Below are positions 20,701 to 30,256 of a stretch of 64,000 nucleotides of DNA, piece after piece. The position numbers were made by a program, and so were the translations under genes. This DNA is from a virus. The stretch lies in IMG/VR virus record IMGVR_UViG_3300045988_156245; one strand, 5' to 3'. Below the pieces are notes generated by a model that saw only the letters and a list, made by a program, of their open reading frames with translations, had not been told where the DNA came from and ran no database searches. How positions within the stretch are numbered: position 1 is the first letter of the stretch; each line of letters opens with the position of its first letter.

Positions 20701-23401
20701 TAATTTTATTATTAGTCTCAATTTTTGCTTGTCTTGCTTCTGAAGCTCTTCTTGTTAAAATAGAATAAGCAGTAACTAAAGTTAAAATTGCTGTAACAAC
20801 AGCCACTATAACATTTGTATTCATTGCTGTATTTAAAGCTGTTTGTGCAATGGCAGCTCCTTTGGCAGATGGAATAAATTTTAAAATCGCTGCATTTAAA
20901 AATTCTTGCGCAGCTGCTCCAATAGTCGTTTGACTAATACTAATCGCTTGTATAGCATTTAATGATGTATAAGCACTATATAACATTGGTAAAATAAAGG
21001 CTAATTGAGTAAAAATTTGTAATATTTTTTCTCCACCCGATATATCTTTATTAAAAACAGTATCTAAAATACTATTTACACCACCAAGAGTCATTGCAAG
21101 AGAAGATGCAGCTCCTATCATTCCTTGAATATTTTGTGTTTTTTCCTGGTCTTCTTTTCTATTATTTACATTTTGTTTTACTCTATTTTCAGTATTAGCT
21201 TGTTGCTCTTTCCATTCTGCTTCTTGTTTGTCTTGTTTTACAATTTCTTTTGCTAATTCCAATCTTTCTTTATTTCGATTAACTATAACTTCCGCAGTGG
21301 CTTTACTGTCTTTACTATATCCAGCTTCTACTTTTAATTTTTGAATTTGTTTTTCTGTTAATTTATTACCTTCGTTTTTTAATCTATTTGCTGCTTCTAA
21401 TCTTTCTTTTTGTTTTTTTAAAAATGTATCGCCTGCTAATTCTACATTTGCACCAGGTGTATTTTTTGCATTTTGGTATTCTTGATAAGCATCACCCTGC
21501 TGAAAAGCAAATAAAGTATTACTTTCTTTTTTAGAAATAGCTTGTTGTTCTTTTAAAATTGCTAACTTCTTTTCTAAAATTCCAACTTCTTGTTGTTGGG
21601 CTACTAATGAATTATATTCTTCTTCTGTTAAACTTTTTCTAATTGAATCTATTTCTTTAGCAATTGCAGCTTCTTTTTCAAAAGCACTAATATTGCCAGC
21701 TTGATTTGCTGTTAATTGTTGTGTATTCCCATTGGTATCTGTTGCTTGCCATTTTCCATTTGAAAATTCAGGGGTTCCATTTATATTTTTTAAATTTTGT
21801 CCTGCTAAATAAGTTTCTTTTTTCCCTTGAATAACAGCTTGATTATAATCATCTAACCTTTTATTTTCAAAATGTTTTAATAACCCTTTTCCAATTTGAT
21901 TTTTAAATAAATTAGCTATAATAGTCATATAGCCAATCATAGATTTAAAACCACCACCCATTCCATTTGTAAATTGAGTTACAACAGTCATTAATTCTGT
22001 TAATCCATCTACTAGGTTATTAACTTCTTGGCCATCACCAATTAAAGCGCTATAAAAAGCTTCAGTTTGAGTTGAAAGTCGTTGCTGTTTAGCAGCCATA
22101 CTTTCCATATAAGTATTTTGTTGCTGTTGTAATGTGCCTAAAGAATCTTTAGAAACTTCTAATTCTTTATTATATTGATTCCAATTTTCAAAAAGAGCAA
22201 ATAAGTTATTGTACTGTCTCTTACCAGCCATAGCAATTGCGGCAGCCTGTTTCTGTTCTCTAGTCCATCCTTGCCATTTTTGACCAACCTCTTCAATTAC
22301 GTCTCCCATGTCACGCATTGAGCCAGTTTCATCTAAAATACTAACACCCATTGATTGCATTTGAGAAGTAATATCCCCAAGAGACACTCCAAATTCATCT
22401 GTACCATCTGCCTCTAAATCACCCATACGAGCATAAATTGTTTTTAAAGCAGTACCAACCGTTTCTGGTGCTTGTCTTGTAGTAGAAATAATAGTTGAAA
22501 TTTGTGCGTTCAAACTATCTACATCTACACCCATTGCATTAGCTGAAGATGCTACTTTAGACATAGCAGTTGATAATTCTTCCAAGTCTGAAGCTGAATC
22601 TGCAGCCACTGCTGCCAATTTATCTACATATTTTTCAGTATCTTGTGCTTGTACTTTATAACCATTCCATACAGCAGTTAATTCTTCTGATGTAGTAGAG
22701 GTAGATTGACCCGTAACATTTGCAGTTTTTAAAGTTGTTTCAGTTCTAGCTTTAACTTCATCATCCTTCAAGCCCTGCTGATAATAAATTAAAGATGCTT
22801 CAGTATAATCTCTTGTACTTTTACCTAAGCTTTTTGCTGCTTTATTTGCCTCTACTGAAAAATCTTTCATACTATCAGCTGATTTATTAGTTACAATACG
22901 AATATCATTTAATGATTTATCTAATTTTTCAACATAAGCATAAGCTTCTCTTACAGATTGAGTTATTGTATTAAAAACTCCAGATGCGATACCCCATTTT
23001 ACAGTATTTGCCATAGTCGTAGCCATCTGGTCTAATAAAGTATTACTCTCTTTTATTTGAATTTTAGTATTTAGAATGCTACTGCCCAATGTTGCAAAAG
23101 TATTTTGACCTACTGAACCAGCAGAATAAAATCCAGTTCTTAATTGTTGCATAGAAATGCCTGCTTGATTTAATCCTTGAGTAAATTTACCAATATTAAT
23201 TTGTCCAAAATCATAATTAAAAGATTCTCTTAATATTGTCCCTACTTGTTGAGCCATAGCGCCAGCTTCTTTTAATTGCTTAGTAGCTCCAGGCATTTGA
23301 CTTAACGCAGTAACTTTATTAAAATTTTCATTTAATTGAGTAAAACCAGTTTTATCTATATTAAAACCGATAGTAAAGTCAATTCTATTACTACCTGCCA
23401 T
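14714..23401 (-). CDS. tail tape measure protein (2895 aa)
   Basis: N-terminal TP901-type core (KSLGKSTRDYTEASLIYYQQG...TANVTGQSTSTTSEELTAVWNGYK), internal TM cluster (aa ~790-890), very long coiled coil, C-terminal GFDTGGYTGDW...MLHEKELVLN motif. Confidence 0.9.
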   Translation of the reverse strand: MAGSNRIDFTIGFNIDKTGFTQLNENFNKVTALSQMPGATKQLKEAGAMAQQVGTILRESFNYDFGQINIGKFTQGLNQAGISMQQLRTGFYSAGSVGQNTFATLGSSILNTKIQIKESNTLLDQMATTMANTVKWGIASGVFNTITQSVREAYAYVEKLDKSLNDIRIVTNKSADSMKDFSVEANKAAKSLGKSTRDYTEASLIYYQQGLKDDEVKARTETTLKTANVTGQSTSTTSEELTAVWNGYKVQAQDTEKYVDKLAAVAADSASDLEELSTAMSKVASSANAMGVDVDSLNAQISTIISTTRQAPETVGTALKTIYARMGDLEADGTDEFGVSLGDITSQMQSMGVSILDETGSMRDMGDVIEEVGQKWQGWTREQKQAAAIAMAGKRQYNNLFALFENWNQYNKELEVSKDSLGTLQQQQNTYMESMAAKQQRLSTQTEAFYSALIGDGQEVNNLVDGLTELMTVVTQFTNGMGGGFKSMIGYMTIIANLFKNQIGKGLLKHFENKRLDDYNQAVIQGKKETYLAGQNLKNINGTPEFSNGKWQATDTNGNTQQLTANQAGNISAFEKEAAIAKEIDSIRKSLTEEEYNSLVAQQQEVGILEKKLAILKEQQAISKKESNTLFAFQQGDAYQEYQNAKNTPGANVELAGDTFLKKQKERLEAANRLKNEGNKLTEKQIQKLKVEAGYSKDSKATAEVIVNRNKERLELAKEIVKQDKQEAEWKEQQANTENRVKQNVNNRKEDQEKTQNIQGMIGAASSLAMTLGGVNSILDTVFNKDISGGEKILQIFTQLAFILPMLYSAYTSLNAIQAISISQTTIGAAAQEFLNAAILKFIPSAKGAAIAQTALNTAMNTNVIVAVVTAILTLVTAYSILTRRASEARQAKIETNNKIIEGNQALKDEKDAISENAKAYNEAYNKYKETGEGKSELVTASQNLIDKLGDEGTALLSVIDNYSLFNDKLKEVLATRLQIKNTDATNLIKSYEAAGRNVSLQNQEDASEDKAGFWSQTGAELAGFVSTLGFTGLEDLATLITGDAYHAASAEGEHTYGMTFTSQEESDAVSIIEDTLSDYGSAIQTNWDKWAQIVDHDRASDFVMNFENLNAEESVVAMQALEKALKDLEKDGKQTTETYSSLSAQYQQLDEATQAYREQLETLSEYYSAGVFATNTTDADDEMNNRKDYEAYKTNMINAYKDNDYIKKAAEASGDAKAYYEDRFKSDIYAYGSTDIQAQYEAEQNRESQRMAMGNAVKKTYGVEDYGWNEAQKQDEDFQKLIKHRKNTNKDIVNALDDTNLMSYVDLSVFNQEDWEKIYNADSANKAAEYIIDSSMDTIRKTFEKGIDDVVSGGKDAMSQALSGDLTPDNISDEFKSYQKQLESASEIYPKLENEINIVNNTALIGTQAWYDALDEVQDKMENIQISQANTTAYDNLEEVLLKYRQEDFSVNIDANTQEFTDKMDDLLNDSYSVSVKIRAEGHQDFTSLTGQLDNIDEAVEKIGEDYIVAADDVTAIGEAIPGVLQQMQYMSDGTVKLNKEAIQSSIDAARQSIKTKVEETATKLETEAEYHSAQATLYGSMAEIAQQAANNEIGIEDAKNKLLAKAIDVQANNNKMLKETEITNQKKLADSSQENGGILASNWAEAYQSAALNSAEFAAVAKANNEAATGDGKIETKNIVPHYEGAEGSTTTVSEIPDIEKATKEDLGDLAQEYKAKAESEQQAANTAFSEAQGIRAKLNASNVAASNVKKGKGASGDKDKDKDSTDLEPITDEFDLLENINNQLEIQENHYDRINTLIEHTYGLTKIQGIKEENKILDAQLKLYKQKDKLIQKDINRQGSKLIHYGANFGEDGTVSNHQQVWEKLKAKVNKAAASGKEKTYEKAKQEFEDYEDAYGKYNEALQEAGDNLAKQQELIYQKVENNIKAIEAEVTVRVDTGEAIRNLQEFKESMASDSDYFTKLQTNIAKGLSYTQSKEMQTYIKNAEKAKKAYNKIVKGGKDKTYGTDSQAAMDAYKNYTDKAAESAKSIQEAIKNYYSTMKEWMSSLKSDFDDVQNKLKNITDETKYYADLLNLIHGSNKAEQAQLSTQQGNEYAEQTKYYYKEQDKWDKIEDNYQKRINKKQKERDKLEDKVKNAKTKKAKKQAKQELQTTKNSIEELENLRDEAIKNSEIAQNNAQQASLNSLKAYQDAFKYSIEAAFQDFENEMTDGKGFDWANKLWSLDKDYINNWYDNIEKDLNLKDFTLSIDMDIDEASSDAIKEKLAQFRDEQEKQLKNQAYLSEYDFKLAKAKYNVLKKQIALQEAQDKKTSLRLRRNSQGNYTYQYTANNNDINKARSELNDANNEWYKITKDQRMSTYEKSASLISSLVTDLKAKAESEGLENIDTLSQQEIETWMQNHVGDYYTNWKTEYDAAYNDYLQAQNDYAEAAYTIAMVQSGKTDKVWQQLSDDEKQRWIKDTLPKLGSAFKEYYTGVTQDSQHMEEAVTEVWRNCNNAMVAYKNGFETLKNEANVQIPAVNTIINTHKDKVEGVKKQWEKVLENYEAYEKAVNDDKRISALEKSLNAVKQPIINLYNSLDTATEKAGNLKNAIDALKGKTITVTTRYVTSGNPSGGGGGGNNPGKASPTKIKKTKNHLPKAKASVNNQIEKGDKVSWTNNGIHSDGKKHVEFDLWNTKKEAIGDRSKNAKSIVKVHKANEGYTENVLHSKVKVLKYDEKNGAVKIQFSVLPFAGDTHGSGNVQPFEYSGWISAKTFYNRFSGFDTGGYTGDWNSSEGKIAMLHEKELVLNKEDTANMLKIVDSVREINTQSLDLSSLIAQQIIDTLYSNMQNIKKDFVLQSQLSMKQGVSNDELTIDQNVTINADFPGVSNAKEIEKAFNSLENMATQKAYSTKRR

Positions 23402-23447
23402 AATCCTTTTCCTCCTTATTTTCCGTTCATATTTATATGTAAAAAAA

Positions 23448-23486
23448 TATAACCCTTACTATCATTGTATGATAATAAGGGTTATA
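23448..23486 (-). terminator. hairpin plus U-run between chaperone-position gene and tape measure
   Basis: 11-bp stem tataaccctta/taagggttata with an inner 5-bp stem; A7 at 23441-23447 gives a U-run on the minus strand. Confidence 0.5.
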
Positions 23487-23508
23487 ATATTAATTTATTT
23501 TGTCCGTT

Positions 23509-24084
23509 CTATTCTGTAATATCTCTTCCACCATTTGCCGCTTTAGCAAATTCAACTACATTACTATAATCTTCTGGGTTAAAATCTTTTAAAGATTGTA
23601 ATAAATTTTGCATTTCTTCTTGCTTAGGTAATTTTTTACTTATCTGTTCAATAGCATTTGCAATACCATAAGATACACTCTTTCTTTCACTTACGTATTC
23701 TTCTTTATTAGATACTAATGAAGAATATAATGTTGCATATTCATCATCAGGAATCACATCAATAATCATGTCTAACAAACCGCTAGTTTTGAATTTATCA
23801 TATAAATCTGATAATTCCATATCTTGTTCTTCTTCTGAAAAAACAATATTAGTATATGCAATAGCCAAATTAATATTAAAGAACATATCTAATTTATATT
23901 CATTAATAATAACAGTATCATCTATACTTTGTAATAAAGTTGTATTTAATAAGTTATATTTTTCAATAGATGGAAGATATTTTAATACTTTTATTTCTTT
24001 ATCTTTAAAAGTAATAACTGTATATTTATCAGTATCTTCCTGTTTAAAATCTAAATCTGAATAATTTATAAATGTTTCTGACAT
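23509..24084 (-). CDS. tail assembly chaperone-position protein
   Basis: 191 aa acidic protein directly upstream of the tape measure; no slippery site identified. Confidence 0.4.
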   Translation of the reverse strand: MSETFINYSDLDFKQEDTDKYTVITFKDKEIKVLKYLPSIEKYNLLNTTLLQSIDDTVIINEYKLDMFFNINLAIAYTNIVFSEEEQDMELSDLYDKFKTSGLLDMIIDVIPDDEYATLYSSLVSNKEEYVSERKSVSYGIANAIEQISKKLPKQEEMQNLLQSLKDFNPEDYSNVVEFAKAANGGRDITE

Positions 24085-24141
24085 TCCTTTTATCTCCTTT
24101 TATATTTCTTAATTCTAGTATATCATAAAATTTTTTAATTG

Positions 24142-25347
24142 TCAAGAAAGTTCCCAATCTGCAAGAATCTTTTTGAGGTTTTCATCTAAAGCCTCTCTAA
24201 CTGTATCTTCTAAATCTTCTCTTATATGATTTCTTAATCCTCTATTTTGTTCAGCAAAATTACCAGTTGTCATTCTTTCTCTTACAATCAATTCTAACAT
24301 TTGTTTTCCATTCATACTTTTTCCTTCTGTTAACACTTTATCTATTAATTTTTTGACTTGCGGAAGACCAAATAAATCAGCCTTGTTTGATTTTGCAGAA
24401 TAGGCTAATCCATTATTTAATTCTATATCACTACCATATAAACCTGAAGTTTGGTCAACTGTTCCAACGCCTTTTTGCATAAATTGTCTAACTCTATCTT
24501 CTTCTGCTATTGCAGTTAAAGCTGCTCTTTTAAAATAGAAAACTTGATAACCTTCTGCAATATCTCCTGAATTACTTACTGACATATAATTATATTTCTG
24601 ATTTTCTTTCCAAAATACAAGATAAGGAGCATTATCTTTTAAGTTCTTTGACTTATTAAAACGATATATAACTTCTTTATATGTTTCATTTAATTTAGTT
24701 AATTCTGCTTCTTCTAAATTACTATTTAATATTTTTAAAGAATTATTTTGAGAAACAGCCTTCAATGTCATTTTTAATGCATTTTGTCCAGAATTATAAG
24801 CTAATGAAACCCATTTATTAATTTTTTGACTTGTATTCAAGTCTAATTGATAAATAACTGGTTTATTATTCTTTTCAAATAAATAAGTTATTTTTTCTGA
24901 CCAGCCTTGCATTTCTAGTACTGCTTGTTGAAATCTTAAAACTTTTGCTCTTAAATCATATAAAACTTCTCTTTGACTCTCTGCCTTAATTTTATTAACT
25001 ATAGTATCTTTTTGTTCTTGTAATGACGAAATAATGTTATCAACCTTAATTTCATCGTCTGTATAAGATAATTCTTTTAAAGCCTCTTTTCTTGCTTTAA
25101 TTTGGCTGTTAATACCTGTTTTTGTTCCAATTTGCCCACGCATCTTTTCTATACCTTTGTAAACATAGCCACTCATAATTGAATTTACATCTTCCGCAGT
25201 CTTTATAACTTTTTGTCTTAACTGCTCTAAATCTGAACCATTTTTCTTTAATATTTCTAAACTTCGTTCTATAGTCTCTTGTGTCTGTTCTTCTATAGTT
25301 TTTTCACTAACTTTAACTTCTCCAACTTGAACATTAGCTTTTGCCAT
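24142..25347 (-). CDS. hypothetical protein (401 aa) between tail tube and chaperone
   Basis: start moved to the ATG at 25347 (ggaggaattaaat ATG); coiled-coil-rich N-terminal half. Confidence 0.55.
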   Translation of the reverse strand: MAKANVQVGEVKVSEKTIEEQTQETIERSLEILKKNGSDLEQLRQKVIKTAEDVNSIMSGYVYKGIEKMRGQIGTKTGINSQIKARKEALKELSYTDDEIKVDNIISSLQEQKDTIVNKIKAESQREVLYDLRAKVLRFQQAVLEMQGWSEKITYLFEKNNKPVIYQLDLNTSQKINKWVSLAYNSGQNALKMTLKAVSQNNSLKILNSNLEEAELTKLNETYKEVIYRFNKSKNLKDNAPYLVFWKENQKYNYMSVSNSGDIAEGYQVFYFKRAALTAIAEEDRVRQFMQKGVGTVDQTSGLYGSDIELNNGLAYSAKSNKADLFGLPQVKKLIDKVLTEGKSMNGKQMLELIVRERMTTGNFAEQNRGLRNHIREDLEDTVREALDENLKKILADWELS

Positions 25348-25523
25348 ATTTAATTCCTCCTTTCCCCAAAAATAAAAAAAATGAGGAGAGTTACCTCTCC
25401 TCATTAAATTACTTTATTAAAATTGATTTTTCATCAATATTAATATCATCTAATCCATCATTAACAGTATCAGATTTTAATGAATCAGTTTTTGCTTCAT
25501 TTTTTATGTCTGTACTGTCTGTG

Positions 25524-26465
25524 CTAGGGTGTCACACTGTCTTCAAATTCAGCTTTTTCGTCATCAACAACTTTTTCACCTTCGGCATGGCTCATTACCT
25601 GTTGTCTGCTTGTTGAAGCAGCATTTCTATCAATAATCTGCATTACACATAATACCTTTTTCTTTCTATTGAAATAAGTATAACCTGGCATAGCATCCAT
25701 TGTGAATGTAAATGTTGATGGGTCTCCAGTTGGAGCCATTGTAAATGTAAAGTTAGACTGGATTTTAACATTAGGGAATGTTAATTCAGCTGGCATATCT
25801 TTACCGTTCTTTTGCTTTCTAAATAATGTACTAGCTTCTACATAGTAGTATCCTGCAAAGTTTTCTGCATCAATTACTAATTCTGAAACTGTTTCACCTT
25901 TCTGTAATATATAATAATCTACAATTACAGTAGTTCCTTCAGCAGGAATAGTATCCCCAGTGATTGTAACACTATTCTTTGTAGCTGTTGCTGTATAAGA
26001 TTTACCTGTAACTTCTCCACCTTCTTCTTCTAATACGAAAATAGGAGCAGTTGTACAAACTTCATCACCAGCTTCTAATGCATCTGCTAAATTAATAAGA
26101 CCACTTGCACCAACTGTTGTTTCAGTTGAAGTATGAACATGAACCTTTTCAGCACCGTCTCCTGCAGTACCGCCAAATAAACCAGCACCTGATAACATTG
26201 CAAAACTTATTGGAGATAAAAGAGCATCTTCAACAGTAAATGTTAAAGTTTTTTCACCTTCCCAAGCAATTAAGTTTGTATTACCTTTACCACCCTGAGC
26301 ATATACTGTTGTAGCAGCTTCTTCCATTGTAGAAGTTTTAGCTGAATCAATATATAATACAGGTTGTCCTGGCTTAAAAACGTACTTAGAATTAGCATCA
26401 CCTAATCTAATAGTTGATTTAGCTTTAAATACAACATCACATATTTCTCTTACACCAAATCTCAT
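25524..26465 (-). CDS. major tail (tube) protein
   Basis: 313 aa; position and MRFGVREICDVVFKAK...YAQGGKGNTNLIAWEGEKTLTFTVEDA pattern resemble siphovirus major tail proteins. Confidence 0.55.
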   Translation of the reverse strand: MRFGVREICDVVFKAKSTIRLGDANSKYVFKPGQPVLYIDSAKTSTMEEAATTVYAQGGKGNTNLIAWEGEKTLTFTVEDALLSPISFAMLSGAGLFGGTAGDGAEKVHVHTSTETTVGASGLINLADALEAGDEVCTTAPIFVLEEEGGEVTGKSYTATATKNSVTITGDTIPAEGTTVIVDYYILQKGETVSELVIDAENFAGYYYVEASTLFRKQKNGKDMPAELTFPNVKIQSNFTFTMAPTGDPSTFTFTMDAMPGYTYFNRKKKVLCVMQIIDRNAASTSRQQVMSHAEGEKVVDDEKAEFEDSVTP

Positions 26466-26500
26466 GTATAGTTTCCTCCTTAATTTTTTGTCTTATCTTT

Positions 26501-27259
26501 TTATATATCATCATGAATATCATCCATCCAATACTTACCATCTTGTAAATCTTTTGCTCCTGCTAATCGAGCTTTAAAAGTATAATCAAAATTTTGTTTC
26601 AATAAAAATCTTTCATATTCATCTCTAATTTGATAAATAGTATACTCTAATAAAGTATTTATATCCTTATGCTCTCCAACAGCTAAAATAGAAACATATT
26701 TACTTAAAATGTTTACTTTAACCCGTTCTCCTTTTGCTTCAGCCGCCCTTTGACGACCTTTTTTAAGTTTTTCCGCAATTCTTCGAGCTTGCTCATTTGC
26801 AGGATTAAATTCTTGACCTTCTTCTTGTTGAAAGGTTAAACAAAATATTATATTTAATATTTCTTTAAAATCTTCAAAATTATCTTCATTAATAGAACCT
26901 ACTAATTGTTCTTCTTGAAAAAAGTCAATTGAGTTTGTTTGAATAGTATATTCATATCTTGGAAACAATAGCATAAAAATCATATTAATACTCTCTTTAC
27001 CTACCTGTATTTCATGGTTTTTATCATCGCTATCATTTTCATTCATTATTGACATTATTATTTCAAAATTTGTTTTATTTCCTAAAAGAATTTTGTCCTG
27101 CTCTAACAAAATATCTTTAGAAAATTTTAATAATTCACACCCCATATAGAAGTTTTCTTCTCCTATAAAAGCAATTTCTTTTAAAGAAGGCTGATGAATA
27201 ACTATACCGGCTTGAATAAAAGGAATATCATTTCCAGATATTAATAATAATTCATCCAT
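26501..27259 (-). CDS. hypothetical head-tail region protein (252 aa)
   Basis: ORF in the morphogenesis operon. Confidence 0.5.
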   Translation of the reverse strand: MDELLLISGNDIPFIQAGIVIHQPSLKEIAFIGEENFYMGCELLKFSKDILLEQDKILLGNKTNFEIIMSIMNENDSDDKNHEIQVGKESINMIFMLLFPRYEYTIQTNSIDFFQEEQLVGSINEDNFEDFKEILNIIFCLTFQQEEGQEFNPANEQARRIAEKLKKGRQRAAEAKGERVKVNILSKYVSILAVGEHKDINTLLEYTIYQIRDEYERFLLKQNFDYTFKARLAGAKDLQDGKYWMDDIHDDI

Positions 27260-27261
27260 AA

Positions 27262-27843
27262 CTATTCATCATTTTCTATTTTATCATCAGTACCATGAAT
27301 AGCTTCATATACTAATGTATAGCCGGATAATTGTTCATTTAATATAAGCTCATTTGCAGTTAAAAATTGTAATGTTCCTATACCTGATAATTTAGAATTA
27401 TTTAAAATTCCATCTATATATCCTGCTATTTTTAAAGGCCTTAATCTATAATCACCTAAATCCCAATAGTCAGTATGACATATAATATCAAAATGAACAA
27501 AACAATCTCTAAATTGCGGATTGTTTGCATTTGGTGTAAAATTATCAAATGAAATAATAATATATGCTTTTACTTCTTCATTCTCTGGAAATTTAATTTT
27601 TGGAACATTTCTGATATATCCTTCTTTTATTAATTTTCCAATAGACATTTCTTGAATTTTTTTCTTATAAACTTCATTGTCAAGATTATCTAAACAATCT
27701 TTAGCGTTTATAACTAATAATCTTTTCAATTCATCACAATAAGGTTTGCTTTCTATAAAAAGTTTACGCAAAATTTTTTCTGTATCATTTTCACATGAAA
27801 GAAAAGATGATTGAAAATCTTTCATTATTAAATCTTTTCTCAT
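27262..27843 (-). CDS. hypothetical head-tail region protein (193 aa)
   Basis: ORF in the morphogenesis operon. Confidence 0.5.
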   Translation of the reverse strand: MRKDLIMKDFQSSFLSCENDTEKILRKLFIESKPYCDELKRLLVINAKDCLDNLDNEVYKKKIQEMSIGKLIKEGYIRNVPKIKFPENEEVKAYIIISFDNFTPNANNPQFRDCFVHFDIICHTDYWDLGDYRLRPLKIAGYIDGILNNSKLSGIGTLQFLTANELILNEQLSGYTLVYEAIHGTDDKIENDE

Positions 27844-27859
27844 ATTCCTTTTATCTCCT

Positions 27860-28813
27860 TTATAAAGAAGTTATCGTAATTGGTAATACTATATCTTCTT
27901 CATTATCTTTTTTATACAATAAATTAAAAGAACCGCTTTTCCCAGTTGTAACTTCAAGAGTAACAATATTATCTTCAAGTTCTATAATTTTTACTTTATG
28001 ACTATCAACGCTCCATACTCCACCTGTGGTTCCAGCAATAGAATAACTAACAATATCATAAGGCTGGATAGTTGCGGGACCGTCGATATAAATTGCGCCA
28101 TGTTCAGGTTTATCCGGATTAATCGGCTCCTCCGCATTTTCCATACTATTTTGATAATATTCTTTTGCTGTAATCATTATAATACCTTTGCCATAATATG
28201 GATTCGCCGCTTGAACTTGCCAAATTTTTCCATCAAACTCTAATTTAGCAAAACGTTTTAAATATTCTAAAGTATATTCATTTTTAGGTATATACATAAC
28301 TAAAGTATAATTAGGGGTATTCCAAACTATATTATTCTTTTGATTCCAAGGAATTGTAGTTTCAATGGGCCCTCTAACATACCCTTTATACTTTTTACCT
28401 TGTAAATTTATTTCTGCAGTTTGACAAGCTCTACATTCAGCTCTAAAATAGGCTTTTTCTTCTGGATAAGGAAGATAAACTATCCAATATGTATTATCAT
28501 CCACCCATTTAAAAATATCACCTGAGTTAATTCCTATCTCTTCTTCTCCTGCACTAGTTTTACCAAATCTTTTTTTATTTAAACATATGTCTTTAAAAGG
28601 TATTGATAAAATTTTATTATCATAATCTGGTTTTAATTTATCTGGGTTAATCAACGCTCTAAACTGTCTACCATCCGCTAATTCAATAGTAGCAGATTGA
28701 TATGAGTATAATAAAGCTTTTTTTAAACTTCTTAACTTATCTAGATTCATTCGACCTTGTTGATTTCCACCTTGATAACTTAATCTTAATTTTAAATTAT
28801 CTAATCCTGACAT
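27860..28813 (-). CDS. structural protein with C-terminal Ig-like (Big_2-style) domain
   Basis: 317 aa; C-terminal IDGPATIQPYDIVSYSIAGTTGGVWSVDSHKVKIIELEDNIVTLEV resembles bacterial Ig-like domains. Confidence 0.45.
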   Translation of the reverse strand: MSGLDNLKLRLSYQGGNQQGRMNLDKLRSLKKALLYSYQSATIELADGRQFRALINPDKLKPDYDNKILSIPFKDICLNKKRFGKTSAGEEEIGINSGDIFKWVDDNTYWIVYLPYPEEKAYFRAECRACQTAEINLQGKKYKGYVRGPIETTIPWNQKNNIVWNTPNYTLVMYIPKNEYTLEYLKRFAKLEFDGKIWQVQAANPYYGKGIIMITAKEYYQNSMENAEEPINPDKPEHGAIYIDGPATIQPYDIVSYSIAGTTGGVWSVDSHKVKIIELEDNIVTLEVTTGKSGSFNLLYKKDNEEDIVLPITITSL

Positions 28814-29130
28814 TGTTCTCTTAAATTACTTACTAAATTTAAACTTTCAAAAATTGTTCTTCTAAATAATTGAAAATCTTCATCTAAAATAAGTAATCCT
28901 TCCAATTTACATAATAAAGAAAATAAAATAGTATGTTGGTCGATTAACAAACTATCCATTCCTGATAATTCTTCTATAAGAGTAATAAGTGGTTTTTTCC
29001 ATTCGCCGCCTTCTTCTCTTACAGGAAGTAATCTATATATTTGGTTTGTAATTCTCTTCAAATTATCATCAATAGCGGAATTATTTATAATAGCATTATA
29101 TTTTAAATACACGCTGCTTTTTGTATCCAT
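28801..29130 (-). CDS. hypothetical protein (109 aa)
   Basis: start set to the ATG at 29130 (ggaaag + 8 nt); the longer ORF-track start would overlap the upstream gene by 140 nt. Confidence 0.4.
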   Translation of the reverse strand: MDTKSSVYLKYNAIINNSAIDDNLKRITNQIYRLLPVREEGGEWKKPLITLIEELSGMDSLLIDQHTILFSLLCKLEGLLILDEDFQLFRRTIFESLNLVSNLREQCQD

Positions 29131-29662
29131 CTGTAGAACTTTCCATAATTTCACCAAAAGTAGAAACAATGTTTCCTTTTTTATCCACTTTTCTTCTTTT
29201 GTATAGTCTCTGCAAATGGAAGCCCTCTCTTTCATAATCTTTTTTCAAAGTTTGTATTTTTGCCATATGATTAGCTTGAGAAGTAAATTTAAAATCAGTT
29301 CCGCTATATTTCATTCTTGTGTTTTCAACACTTGCTAATTGTTGACCAAACCATTCAACAATCATATAAGTAGAAAGAATATTAATTTCTTCTTCTGTCA
29401 AATCTTCGTCAAAAGCTCCACCCATATATAAAAATGCGGGAACCTCTACATTATCACTTTCTACTCCTTTATAACTATCTACATCTTCATAACTTAATTC
29501 ATAATTACTTAAATTAATTCTTGGAAATTCAAATTTCTGAATTGCCGCCTTTAAAAAATCTTCTAATAATCTAAAAGTGTCTAATTCAGTCATTTCCATA
29601 TACATATCATCTGTTACTTTTGATAGAAAACTATCATATATTTTTGTAAAAGAAGTACCCAT
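29096..29662 (-). CDS. head-tail connector-position protein (188 aa)
   Basis: position after the capsid genes. Confidence 0.4.
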   Translation of the reverse strand: MGTSFTKIYDSFLSKVTDDMYMEMTELDTFRLLEDFLKAAIQKFEFPRINLSNYELSYEDVDSYKGVESDNVEVPAFLYMGGAFDEDLTEEEINILSTYMIVEWFGQQLASVENTRMKYSGTDFKFTSQANHMAKIQTLKKDYEREGFHLQRLYKRRKVDKKGNIVSTFGEIMESSTDGYKKQRVFKI

Positions 29663-29677
29663 GTTTACTCCTTTCTA

Positions 29678-30256
29678 TTATTTACTTACTGATGTTACTT
29701 TATAATTAGGAACACGTCTTTGAGGTTGTTGTTCCTTTTTTTCTTCTAATGTAATTGGAGAAGTACGTCTATTTATTTTTTCAGATGCTTCTTCTACATC
29801 AGTTTCTTCATTTATTTCAATAGCTTTTGATACATTAAAACCAGTTTTTGCTAATATAGCATCTCTTTTACTAACATCATTTAATTTAATTTTTACTGCA
29901 ACATCTTTAATAATGTCAATAACTCCTTCTGGAGCAAAATCTAAACAATCCAATAATTGGTCTAATGTACCAGTTTCTAATAATGTTCTAACTTCAACTT
30001 CTGTATAATAATATTCTGGCTCTGGTCTAGTAGAAAATAACTCTTTTACAGCTTCTTCATTTTTAATTACTAACAAATTAGTAAAAATATATTCTCCACC
30101 TACTTGATATAATAATTTTCTTATCTCTTCAAAAGGAATTTTTTTCTTTTCTCTTTTTTGAAAAGTTCTAATTAAACCATTAGAATCTGGAATTTCATAA
30201 CCAACTCCACCAGAACTTCTATTTATAACCTCTATTAAATCTGTATCTTTTAGCAT
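29678..30256 (-). CDS. hypothetical protein (192 aa)
   Basis: ORF after the capsid gene. Confidence 0.5.
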   Translation of the reverse strand: MLKDTDLIEVINRSSGGVGYEIPDSNGLIRTFQKREKKKIPFEEIRKLLYQVGGEYIFTNLLVIKNEEAVKELFSTRPEPEYYYTEVEVRTLLETGTLDQLLDCLDFAPEGVIDIIKDVAVKIKLNDVSKRDAILAKTGFNVSKAIEINEETDVEEASEKINRRTSPITLEEKKEQQPQRRVPNYKVTSVSK

